From: Candidatus Saccharimonadota bacterium
Lineage (GTDB): Bacteria; Patescibacteriota; Saccharimonadia; Saccharimonadales; Saccharimonadaceae
DNA length: 64,000 bases
Assembly (NCBI GenBank): GCA_030528625.1
Contig: JAUMYN010000001.1
Location: forward strand, 451,800-515,799
Direction: 5' to 3'
A program made the position numbers and the translations under genes. This document shows, one piece after another, positions 56,516 through 64,000 of the stretch (position 1 is the first letter of the stretch; every line of letters begins with the position of its first letter). The notes under the pieces are model-generated. The model searched no databases. It was not told where the DNA came from and worked only from the letters and a program-made list of their open reading frames with translations.

Positions 56516-57340
56516 ATGAACATTTCCGCCTGGCTGATGCAAGCAACCAAACGGCTGAAGGCCATCGGGATCACGTCGGCGCGGCTAGATGCCGAGCTAC
56601 TACTAGCTGAAACGCTGCGCCGGCCCCGCACCTACCTCCACGCTCATCTGGACGAGCCGATTGACCCCCGTCGCCATGACATCGCCGAAGCACGGCTGGA
56701 TCTGCGGCTGGATCGCGTGCCGCTGGCGTATATTCTAGGCTATAAGGAGTTCTACGGCCGGCGTTTTAGCGTGACGCCGCAGGTGCTGATTCCCCGCCCC
56801 GAGTCGGAGGCGATGATTGAGCTGCTCCTGGAACTCAGCGGCAGCGATGTCACCCCGAAAACACTACTGGATGTCGGCACTGGCTCGGGCTGTTTGGGCA
56901 TCACCGCCAAGTTAGAGCGGCCGCTGCTGCGCGTGGTACTGTCTGATACCAGCAACCGGGCGCTGGCAGTGGCAGCCAAAAACGCCGACACGCTGGGCGC
57001 CGAGGTTACTCTGCAAACTCAGTCGCTGCTCAGCGGCCAATTGGAGCCGCTGGATTATATGTTAGCCAATCTGCCCTATGTCGATCGCAGTTGGCAGCAG
57101 TCGCCCGAACTACAGCACGAGCCTGAACAGGCGCTCTATGCTTCCGACCACGGTCTGGCGCTTATCAAGAAGCTGCTGGAGCAGACTCCACGCCACCTGA
57201 CTTCAGACGGCTATCTCCTACTAGAAGCTGACCAGCGCCAGCACAGCACACTGATTACCCATGCCGCCCGCCAGGGCCTGGCGCACGTCACCACCCGAGG
57301 GCTGATTGTGGCGCTACGACCGATAGCTACCCAAGGTTAG
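56516..57340 (+). CDS. prmC: release factor glutamine N5-methyltransferase (HemK/PrmC)
   Basis: SAM motif LLDVGTGSGCLGI and substrate motif LANLPYV (NPPY-like). It follows prfA. 274 aa. Confidence 0.85.
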   Translation: MNISAWLMQATKRLKAIGITSARLDAELLLAETLRRPRTYLHAHLDEPIDPRRHDIAEARLDLRLDRVPLAYILGYKEFYGRRFSVTPQVLIPRPESEAMIELLLELSGSDVTPKTLLDVGTGSGCLGITAKLERPLLRVVLSDTSNRALAVAAKNADTLGAEVTLQTQSLLSGQLEPLDYMLANLPYVDRSWQQSPELQHEPEQALYASDHGLALIKKLLEQTPRHLTSDGYLLLEADQRQHSTLITHAARQGLAHVTTRGLIVALRPIATQG

Positions 57341-58444
57341 CGACACCTCGTGTTCTTTGTCGCCTCTGAGAACAGTCAGCCGAATCGTCTCGCCTGGCAA
57401 AAATTCAGCTATCAGACTACCCAAACCGCCGTGCTCGCCGACAATTTTTTGATTGATCTTGGTGATAATATCGCCCTGCTTGAGGCCGGCCTTGTCTGCG
57501 GGGCCGCCTGGCTGCACTGGATTGCCACGCTGGCCGCCGACAAAGGCGCCGCGAGCACTGCTGCGTAATTGATGTTGTGCGCGAATTTCTGGCGTAATTG
57601 CCACATAGCGCACCCCGACAAAGGCCTTTTTGACCGTGCCGTCGGCCAGTACGCCGCGTACCATTCCCTTGGTCGCGTTGATCGGGATAGCAAAGCCAAT
57701 GCTCTGCGCATCCGAAACGATAGCAGTATTGATGCCGATCACCCGCCCTTGCATATCAATCAGAGGGCCGCCAGAATTGCCAGGATTGATCGCCGCATCG
57801 GTCTGCAAAAGATCGGTCAGATGTTCCACTTCAAAGCCCTTATCATCCAGCGCGGCACTGATCGGCCGCCCCTTGCCAGAGATAACACCACTGGTGACAG
57901 TATTCTGATATTGCCCAAGGGAATTACCGATTGCCACCACGCGCTGCCCTACTGCCACCGAGCCAGAATCGCCCAGCTGCACCGCCGGCAGACCTTGAGC
58001 GCCATTGATTTTGACGAATGCCACGTCATTGAGCGGGTCAACCCCCACCAAGCGCACGTCGCTAAAGCGCTCGCCTGCGCTAGTGATGATGGTGATTGCC
58101 CGAGCGCCGTTCACCACATGTTTATTGGTTAAAATGTAGCCATCAGCGCTGATAATCATCCCCGTGCCAGCTCCGGCCTGCTGACGGGCTGACTGCGGAT
58201 TGGACTGCTCGACAATGATCGAGACTACACTCGGCGAAACCCGCTGCGCAACTTCTGCAACATCGGATAGCGGACGGTCTGGCAATCGCTGCGATGAAGT
58301 CGTATCAGCCGCTGTCCCCGCCGGCCGCTGCGCCGTTACTAGCCATGCGCCCAGCGCACCAGCACCGACCGTCAGCCACAAAAAACCAATCGCCAGTACA
58401 ATCTGCCAACCCAGGCGCCGTCTGGATGGTACTGTGCCGTCCAT
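57314..58444 (-). CDS. HtrA/DegP-family serine protease (trypsin-like + PDZ)
   Basis: TNKHVV (His), GNSGGPL (Ser) and a C-terminal PDZ domain. N-terminal TM anchor. 376 aa. Confidence 0.85.
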   Translation of the reverse strand: MDGTVPSRRRLGWQIVLAIGFLWLTVGAGALGAWLVTAQRPAGTAADTTSSQRLPDRPLSDVAEVAQRVSPSVVSIIVEQSNPQSARQQAGAGTGMIISADGYILTNKHVVNGARAITIITSAGERFSDVRLVGVDPLNDVAFVKINGAQGLPAVQLGDSGSVAVGQRVVAIGNSLGQYQNTVTSGVISGKGRPISAALDDKGFEVEHLTDLLQTDAAINPGNSGGPLIDMQGRVIGINTAIVSDAQSIGFAIPINATKGMVRGVLADGTVKKAFVGVRYVAITPEIRAQHQLRSSARGAFVGGQRGNPVQPGGPADKAGLKQGDIITKINQKIVGEHGGLGSLIAEFLPGETIRLTVLRGDKEHEVSLTLGSYRS

Positions 58445-59226
58445 TAGATCACCACCGAATTAAATACTATCAACATTGCCGCTATCAGCCCGAATGCAAA
58501 GAGCACTGGCGCAAACATTTCAGCCGTCTGCACTTCGCCGTGTTTGCGCCACGAAGTGTAGATGCGCTCACCGACAAACGACAGCAGCAGTAGGATGATC
58601 GTCATCTGCGGCAGTCGTAAGGCTGTCGCCAGCGCGCCAGGCAACCCATAACTGAAAGTCCAAAAATGCGCCAGCCACCCCATCTCGGCGTAAATCACTC
58701 CCCAAATGAGACTAAGCTGCACCATGTGTTCATCATCGTGGCTATACAAAAAATGCCGCGCCACGCTGTAGCCGATGATAAACATACCAGCTGCCACGGA
58801 CAGCACTGGCCATTCGTATGACACCATCAAGAGCGCCGCGCTTCCCACTACCAATGCAATGACCGCCTGCAATACCATCTGCCAACGCTTAGACAGAGGT
58901 TTGATCACGACCAACCAAAGCGCATAAGCGGCTGCTAGGCCAGCTTGTGGATACAGCGTCATGCCCGGCGCATACATCAAGGCTACGACGCCAAGGCCGA
59001 CAATCACATCGACCATATTGGCCTGAATATTCGCCCACCAATACCGCGGTCGCACCGCTAGAACACGCCATTTACTGAGCAGTACCAGCACCGTAGCGAT
59101 AACCGGCGACTGAATGGTTTGCGACAGTACGAACAAGGCCGCCACCAGGCCAATATTGAGGCCCTGATAGACCACCTCGCTCCAGAATGTCCTGCGCTTA
59201 ACCGTCTTTAACAACTCCATAGCCAT
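58444..59226 (-). CDS. polytopic membrane protein, unknown function
   Basis: 260 aa with about 8 hydrophobic helices. Overlaps the htrA start by 1 nt. Confidence 0.5.
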   Translation of the reverse strand: MAMELLKTVKRRTFWSEVVYQGLNIGLVAALFVLSQTIQSPVIATVLVLLSKWRVLAVRPRYWWANIQANMVDVIVGLGVVALMYAPGMTLYPQAGLAAAYALWLVVIKPLSKRWQMVLQAVIALVVGSAALLMVSYEWPVLSVAAGMFIIGYSVARHFLYSHDDEHMVQLSLIWGVIYAEMGWLAHFWTFSYGLPGALATALRLPQMTIILLLLSFVGERIYTSWRKHGEVQTAEMFAPVLFAFGLIAAMLIVFNSVVI

Positions 59227-59241
59227 CTCATTATACCAAAT

Positions 59242-60900
59242 CTAGCGCCCCAGCACCACGACAAAATCAGCAGCCGGCAGCGACCCGAGCGGCGGGCGAT
59301 CTGAACTGATAGCGCCATACCGTTCAGTAAGCGCTGTCTTTGCCTGAGGCTTCGTATCATCCCCCAGCTGGTAGGTCGAGCGCCCCGCCTGCTCCTTAGG
59401 CGCATTCCCCACCGAAACAATAGTAAACCCAAGCTCCGTCAGCTCATCAGCCTCGCGCTGCGCCGCACCACTAGCCGCACCGGCGTTAAGCACCACCACC
59501 CGCGCTTTTTCCTTGGCTAGGGCGCTGCCGAATAGCTCTGTTTTGAGAAAGGCTCGGATCTTTGAGTAGTCATACAGGCCAGCCGCTGGACGCACAATAC
59601 TGGCGCCACCAATGCTGCCATTTATCATCAGGACATTCCCTTCTTCGATAAAGCTGAGGCTGTGAATATGAGCCACGTCAATTTTTGAAGCAACATCCAT
59701 AATAGTACGCACCTCCTTGGCATCAATATTCGTCCGCAGATTTTTACCCATAGCGTCAATCAGTCCTGTTACTTTGCCAAAATCAGTCAACGTACCAGAG
59801 GAGGTTGCCTTGTCTTTGAGGGCTTTGATGACCAACTGTTGGTTTTTTTCGCGAGCAAAATTTGAGCCTGCCAGACCATAGGAGCCGCCGAATGCCCCGC
59901 GCGCTCGCGCGAACCACAACGCCTTGTCGCCGTCCATTTCCACCGGGCCGTTCTTAAAATCGATGAAGTGCCCGGTCGGGCATCGCTGCTTGCGCTGGGC
60001 GGCAGTCAGCCCCTTTTCATAGCACATCCAATCAATACTTGGATCGAACACGCCGCGAGGATCATCGCTTTGTACCTGTACCGTCACCCCGCCAACTGCG
60101 TTCACGGCATCGCGCAGCACATTGGAATTGACATGGGCTGCATACTGGATGTCCATACCAAACAACTTGCCCATGAACTGACGAGTGGCGTCAAGGCGCT
60201 GGCGCTCGGCCTCATCACTCTGACCAGTTGCTGAACAAGCAAAGTATTCATTTATCTTACCAGCATAGCCCGAACTACACGCTCGGCCGTACTGTACGTA
60301 CAGATCCCTCGGCACACTGAACATATAGGCGTTATGCTTCTTTTGATCGACACTCAGTACCAAAATAGAATCGGCCAAGGCTGCCCCCGGGCGATTCGGA
60401 TCCTCATCGGTCGTACCGATAATTAGCAAATTGCTCCGACCATGCTGATCCATTTTCAGCGGCTGCATCTGAAATAGATCTAGCAACGTGCCGCCACTGA
60501 ACACCTTACCGGTCGCTACCCACGCCTTATAGAGCAGCGTACCGCCGAATGCCAAGCCTGCTAGCACCACCACCAATATAATCAGTCGGACAATTCGTCG
60601 CTTCTTGCGAGAGCTACGTCGTTTTTGGCGCGGCGACGCCACTGGCTGCGCATCGATTGCCTTGAGCGACTGACTAATGTTTTCTTTCAGACTGCTGCGC
60701 TGCTGTTCATGTTGATCGGCATGGTGCAGGCGCAACGCTTGCTTACCATCGCCAGTATGCAACTGATTGGTGCCATCCAGCTCTTGCCCGCCGAGCCGTC
60801 CTAGGGTGTTCTGCGGCTTAGATTCGTATTGCGAACGCATCAGCGACCGCTGCGGACGCCTGGGAACAAATCCATCCATATGTTGCTTCTGTCGTTTCAC
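59242..60900 (-). CDS. LCP-family (LytR-CpsA-Psr) cell-wall polymer transferase
   Basis: Basic cytoplasmic N-terminus, a single TM (IVRLIILVVVLAGLAF), then the LCP core ...NLLIIGTTDED...ADSILVLSVDQKKH...FSVPRD and a C-terminal LytR_C-like region. Confidence 0.8.
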   Translation of the reverse strand: MKRQKQHMDGFVPRRPQRSLMRSQYESKPQNTLGRLGGQELDGTNQLHTGDGKQALRLHHADQHEQQRSSLKENISQSLKAIDAQPVASPRQKRRSSRKKRRIVRLIILVVVLAGLAFGGTLLYKAWVATGKVFSGGTLLDLFQMQPLKMDQHGRSNLLIIGTTDEDPNRPGAALADSILVLSVDQKKHNAYMFSVPRDLYVQYGRACSSGYAGKINEYFACSATGQSDEAERQRLDATRQFMGKLFGMDIQYAAHVNSNVLRDAVNAVGGVTVQVQSDDPRGVFDPSIDWMCYEKGLTAAQRKQRCPTGHFIDFKNGPVEMDGDKALWFARARGAFGGSYGLAGSNFAREKNQQLVIKALKDKATSSGTLTDFGKVTGLIDAMGKNLRTNIDAKEVRTIMDVASKIDVAHIHSLSFIEEGNVLMINGSIGGASIVRPAAGLYDYSKIRAFLKTELFGSALAKEKARVVVLNAGAASGAAQREADELTELGFTIVSVGNAPKEQAGRSTYQLGDDTKPQAKTALTERYGAISSDRPPLGSLPAADFVVVLGR

Positions 60901-60924
60901 TTCGATCCATTATAGCATTATCAT

Positions 60925-60953
60925 TTGCCCGCTGCCACTATTTCGCTTATAAT
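60925..60953 (+). promoter_or_regulatory. lepB promoter TTGCCC-17-TATAAT with GTG 7 nt downstream (leaderless arrangement)
   Basis: TTGCCCgctgccactatttcgctTATAATagcgtgaGTG read directly. Confidence 0.45.
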
Positions 60954-60960
60954 AGCGTGA

Positions 60961-61566
60961 GTGGACGCAACATTTTTCGATCGCCATCCAAAGCTCAAAG
61001 ACAGCCTCGGGCTGATTCTTTTCGTGGTTGGCGTTGTCGTCGGCACTATTTTCATCAATTCATTCATTTTCCGCAGCTTTACTGTTCAAGGCCCTAGCAT
61101 GGAGCCAACTATGGTCACTGGAGACCGGTTAATTGTCAATCGCCTGCCTGTCACTATCGCCCAGCTGCAAAACAAACCATATCTACCCGAACGGGGTCAG
61201 ATTATTGTATTCAAAAATCCCCGCTACAACCCCAGTTTGGGACGGGAAGAGTACATCGTTAAGCGCGTCATCGCCTTCACCGGGGAGCGCGTCACAGTCA
61301 AAGACGGCAAGGTTACCGTCTATACAGCAGATAAGCCAGAAGGGTTCAATCCAGACGCGACGGTGAACCGCAACGAGCCTGGACAACCAACCTCTGGCGA
61401 TGTTGACACCACCGTCGCCGAAGGCACGCTATTCGTGATGGGCGATCACCGCGAAGGGACGTTTTCGTGCGATTCACGCGATTGCATGGGTACTATCCCG
61501 CTGTTTGACGTGGTTGGGCCAGTCGCCGTACGCCTCTGGCCGCTAACGGCGATGCGTAGTTTTTAG
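60961..61566 (+). CDS. lepB: signal peptidase I (S26)
   Basis: GPSMEPT (Ser box), KRVIAFTGERV (Lys box) and GDHREGTFSCDSRD (box E). GTG start. 201 aa. Confidence 0.85.
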   Translation: MDATFFDRHPKLKDSLGLILFVVGVVVGTIFINSFIFRSFTVQGPSMEPTMVTGDRLIVNRLPVTIAQLQNKPYLPERGQIIVFKNPRYNPSLGREEYIVKRVIAFTGERVTVKDGKVTVYTADKPEGFNPDATVNRNEPGQPTSGDVDTTVAEGTLFVMGDHREGTFSCDSRDCMGTIPLFDVVGPVAVRLWPLTAMRSF

Positions 61567-62439
61567 CTAGCGATTCAGCAGCGACTGAATGCGCTCAAAA
61601 TCCAGCCCGTTTTTGAACGGAATGATGATTTTGCCGGCACCGCGAGTATTGGTCTGAATCGAAATCTTGGTCTTAAGGCGATTGCTCAGCCGTTCGGCGG
61701 CCTCGGCATGAGGCGACTCCTCAACCGGTCGCTCGCTACAGCGAGTCCGCGCCTGCTTCATCAACACCAGCATCTGCTCCATACGCCGCACGCTCCAACC
61801 CTCGCGCACTGCGCGCTCCGCCAGTTCGGTCGCCACCTCGTCGTCCAGGCCGATCAGTGGCCGCGCCAAGCCCTCGCTTAGCTGATCATTAAAAATCAAC
61901 TCTTGTACTGGTTTTGGCAGTTTGAGCAGCCGCATGGTATTACTGATGGCACTGGTAGACTTGCCGCCCACCCGCTGACCGATTTCCTCCAGGGTCAGAT
62001 TAAACTGGTCACGCAGCTTGGTATAGGCCGTGGCAGTCTCCAGTGGATTGAGGTCGCGCCGCTGTAAGTTTTCAATCAGCGAAATCTCCAAACGATGCTG
62101 TCCACTCAGCGTGCGCACCAAGGCCGGAACCTCTGTCAAGCCCGCCAGCTTGGCCGCTCGCCAGCGCCGCTCGCCAGCCACGATCATATAGCCGTCACCG
62201 CGCGCCGTTACCACCAGCGGTTGGACAACGCCGTGCTCCCTAATCGAGACCGCCAACTCCTCCAGCGCTTCCTCGTCAAACACCCGCCGCGGCTGCTCAG
62301 GATCAGGCATGAGCTGTGCCAGCGGCAGTAGTTTCAGCTGGCTCAGCTGGCCATCCTGTGCCGCTGTCGGATCAAACGTCTCGTCAATCAGATTGGTTGG
62401 AATCAGCGCCTCAAAGCCGCGCCCTAGGCCTTTTTTCAT
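61567..62439 (-). CDS. parB: chromosome partitioning protein ParB/Spo0J
   Basis: ParB box GERRWRAAKLAGL, an HTH and a C-terminal dimerisation domain. 290 aa. 4-nt overlap with parA. Confidence 0.9.
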   Translation of the reverse strand: MKKGLGRGFEALIPTNLIDETFDPTAAQDGQLSQLKLLPLAQLMPDPEQPRRVFDEEALEELAVSIREHGVVQPLVVTARGDGYMIVAGERRWRAAKLAGLTEVPALVRTLSGQHRLEISLIENLQRRDLNPLETATAYTKLRDQFNLTLEEIGQRVGGKSTSAISNTMRLLKLPKPVQELIFNDQLSEGLARPLIGLDDEVATELAERAVREGWSVRRMEQMLVLMKQARTRCSERPVEESPHAEAAERLSNRLKTKISIQTNTRGAGKIIIPFKNGLDFERIQSLLNR

Positions 62440-63197
62440 TGCTCTACCCTCTCCATGATTTCTTTAGTCAACGCCTTATAAGCCCGCGAGCCTTTCGAAA
62501 AACGATCATACGCACCGACTGGCAACCCATGACTGGGCGCCTCCGCCAGGCGAATGTTGCGCGGAATAGTTGTCTTGAACAACTGTTTCGGAAAATGCTT
62601 GGCAATTTCGGCATGCACCTGCCCCGACAGCGTGGTACGCGAGTCCATCATCGTCGGCAGCACCCCCAGTAGCTGGAGTGACGGGTTTAACCCTTTTCGC
62701 ACCAGCTTCATTGTCTCTAGTAACTGCCCTAGTCCCTCCAGGGCATAGAACTCGGCCTGCACTGGCAACAGCACATACTGCGCCGCAATGAGCCCGTTGA
62801 CTGTCAGCAGGCTCAGGCTCGGCGGCGAATCAATAATAATATAGTCGTACTCCGTACCCTCCAGCGCTTGCCGCAGCCGCACAAACCGACCCTCAGCCTG
62901 CGCGAGTTCCACTTCAGTATTAGCCAAGTGCGGCGTCGATGGCGCCAAGAAAAGGTTTTTGTGCTCGGTCGGCCGCACCACATCCTTAAGCTCAATTTGG
63001 CGCATAATCACCTCTGTCATGGTGGCACCCAACTCCTGCTTGTCAACGCCCAGGCCGCTGGTGGCATTGCCCTGCGGATCAAAATCAACCAGCAGCGTCT
63101 TCTTGCCGGCTTTCGCCAAAAAATACGCTACATTTACACTGGTCGTCGTCTTACCAACGCCGCCTTTTTGATTCGTCACCGCGATAATCTTCGTCAT
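62436..63197 (-). CDS. parA: chromosome partitioning ATPase ParA/Soj
   Basis: Deviant Walker A KGGVGKTT. 253 aa. Preceded (on the minus strand) by the extended -10 TGcTATACT and an AAGGGG ribosome-binding site. Confidence 0.9.
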   Translation of the reverse strand: MTKIIAVTNQKGGVGKTTTSVNVAYFLAKAGKKTLLVDFDPQGNATSGLGVDKQELGATMTEVIMRQIELKDVVRPTEHKNLFLAPSTPHLANTEVELAQAEGRFVRLRQALEGTEYDYIIIDSPPSLSLLTVNGLIAAQYVLLPVQAEFYALEGLGQLLETMKLVRKGLNPSLQLLGVLPTMMDSRTTLSGQVHAEIAKHFPKQLFKTTIPRNIRLAEAPSHGLPVGAYDRFSKGSRAYKALTKEIMERVEQ

Positions 63198-63256
63198 AGT
63201 TCCCCTTTTTGCTTTCTCCAGTATAGCATGAGCGGCGTCCGATTGCCATCATAGCC

Positions 63257-63290
63257 TAAATAAAAAACCGCCCCAGAGACGGAGCGGTCA
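63257..63290 (-). terminator. rho-independent terminator downstream of rplU
   Basis: Minus-strand RNA ACCGCUCCgucucuGGGGCGGU followed by UUUUUAUUU. Confidence 0.6.
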
Positions 63291-63305
63291 TAGAGAAGCC
63301 TATGA

Positions 63306-63611
63306 TTACTTAATCGAGGTAATCTGAATGCGGCTATGCTTTTGGCGATGGCCCATTTCTTTATGAACCCGCTTTTTTGACTTGTAGCGAATAACGCGAA
63401 TCTTATCGCCCTTCACTTCGTCTTCCAGAACAGTCGCCTTGACGACCACGCCTTTGACGGTTGGCGTACCGACCTGGGTCTTGTCGCCATTCACGATCAT
63501 CAGCGCGTCGAGGGCGAGTTCTTTTGTACCTTCAGGGAGGAGATCCACCAAGAGGGACTCTTTTTCACTAACAAGATACTGCTTGCCAGAGATTGTTACG
63601 ACTGCTTTCAT
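63306..63611 (-). CDS. rplU: 50S ribosomal protein L21
   Basis: MKAVVTISGKQYLVSEKESL...KIRVIRYKSKKRVHKEMGHRQ L21 signature. Start at the internal Met (ATG 63609-63611) of ORF 63306..63758. Confidence 0.85.
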   Translation of the reverse strand: MKAVVTISGKQYLVSEKESLLVDLLPEGTKELALDALMIVNGDKTQVGTPTVKGVVVKATVLEDEVKGDKIRVIRYKSKKRVHKEMGHRQKHSRIQITSIK

Positions 63612-63687
63612 TTCGTTCCTTATAAATTTAATCAATACCTCTGGGTATTGTACCAAAGATGATAGTAAAACACAAGTCCGCTGGCAG

Positions 63688-64000
63688 CTACTGTCCGCAC
63701 ACCACCCGATTGGCGTGCAGCCAGCCCTCGACATTACCGCCGTCAAGATGCTGTCCAACCGCTGGCACTACTTTGACGATACCACCCGCCTTGGCATAAT
63801 TACTCACCGCATCGGTCAGTTCATACTCGCCGCGCGGCGACATGGCCACGTCAGCACAGGACTGAATGACCTCTTTGGTGAGCACGTATTTACCGATATT
63901 CGCAAAGTGGCTCGGCGCTTCTTCTGGTTTTGGCTTTTCGATAATCTCCTTGAAATTGCCGTCTTCAATGACGATGGCGCCGTAGCGGCTGATGTCGTCG
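63688..64000 (-). CDS. galU: UTP--glucose-1-phosphate uridylyltransferase (C-terminal part; gene begins beyond window end)
   Basis: The minus-strand frame is open to the window edge. ...RYGAIVIEDGNFKEIIEKPKPEEAPSHFANIGKYVL...GEYELTDA is the GalU C-terminal region. Stop codon at 63688. Confidence 0.7.
   Translation of the reverse strand, partial: DDISRYGAIVIEDGNFKEIIEKPKPEEAPSHFANIGKYVLTKEVIQSCADVAMSPRGEYELTDAVSNYAKAGGIVKVVPAVGQHLDGGNVEGWLHANRVVCGQ

Noticed and set aside
1-64000. CRISPR arrays, rRNA/tRNA genes, transposases or integrases
   Set aside because: No regularly spaced direct repeats with unique spacers were seen. Intergenic regions are mostly under 150 bp and none shows tRNA-like or rRNA-like sequence. 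No ORF has DDE or tyrosine/serine recombinase signatures. The low-GC islets therefore lack an identifiable mobility gene within this window.

Overview
This is a GC-rich (about 57-60 %) bacterial chromosomal segment. It is densely packed, and roughly 90 % of the genes lie on the minus strand. Most of it is housekeeping.

Translation genes: glyQS, serS, lysS, proS, prfA-prmC, prfB, tsf-rpsB, rpmA, rpmE, rplU, frr, hpf.

Envelope biogenesis and proteolysis genes: murD, uppS, uppP, rseP, lepB, an LCP protein, ftsE-ftsX, a CHAP hydrolase, ctpA, htrA, a CPBP protease and an M16 peptidase.

DNA repair genes: recO, recF, xseA-xseB, ung.

Also present are secA, greA, hpt, parA-parB and a partial galU.

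The envelope genes look monoderm (Gram-positive-type): FtsEX with a coiled-coil CHAP hydrolase, an LCP protein, and a PadR/PspC pair. Several proteins are compact forms: a 412-aa ProRS without an editing insertion, a single-chain GlyRS and a type-B L31. Together with the many orphan hypothetical proteins, this suggests a reduced-genome lineage, possibly Patescibacteria/Saccharibacteria-like. That is inference only.

Interspersed accessory content:
- Three type II toxin-antitoxin pairs: Phd/Doc, RelB(DinJ)/RelE(YafQ) and RHH/PIN.
- A low-GC two-gene islet next to Phd/Doc, encoding a stand-alone HsdR_N-like PD-(D/E)xK nuclease and an unknown 286-aa protein. This is the best candidate here for an undescribed defence-type module.
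- A 637-aa low-GC LRR-like repeat protein carrying a G9 homopolymer near its 5' end.
- A heptad-repeat protein built from 21-bp tandem DNA repeats.
- An 8.6-kb envelope-stress-like cluster with two paralogous MacB-type permeases sharing one ATPase, plus UppP, PspC, PadR, CorC and DUF2207.
- Several orphan hypothetical genes with AT-rich flanks.

Three genes (lysS, prmC, lepB) have a consensus -10 box only 7-9 nt from the start codon, which suggests leaderless transcripts.

No rRNA, tRNA, CRISPR array or transposase was recognised.
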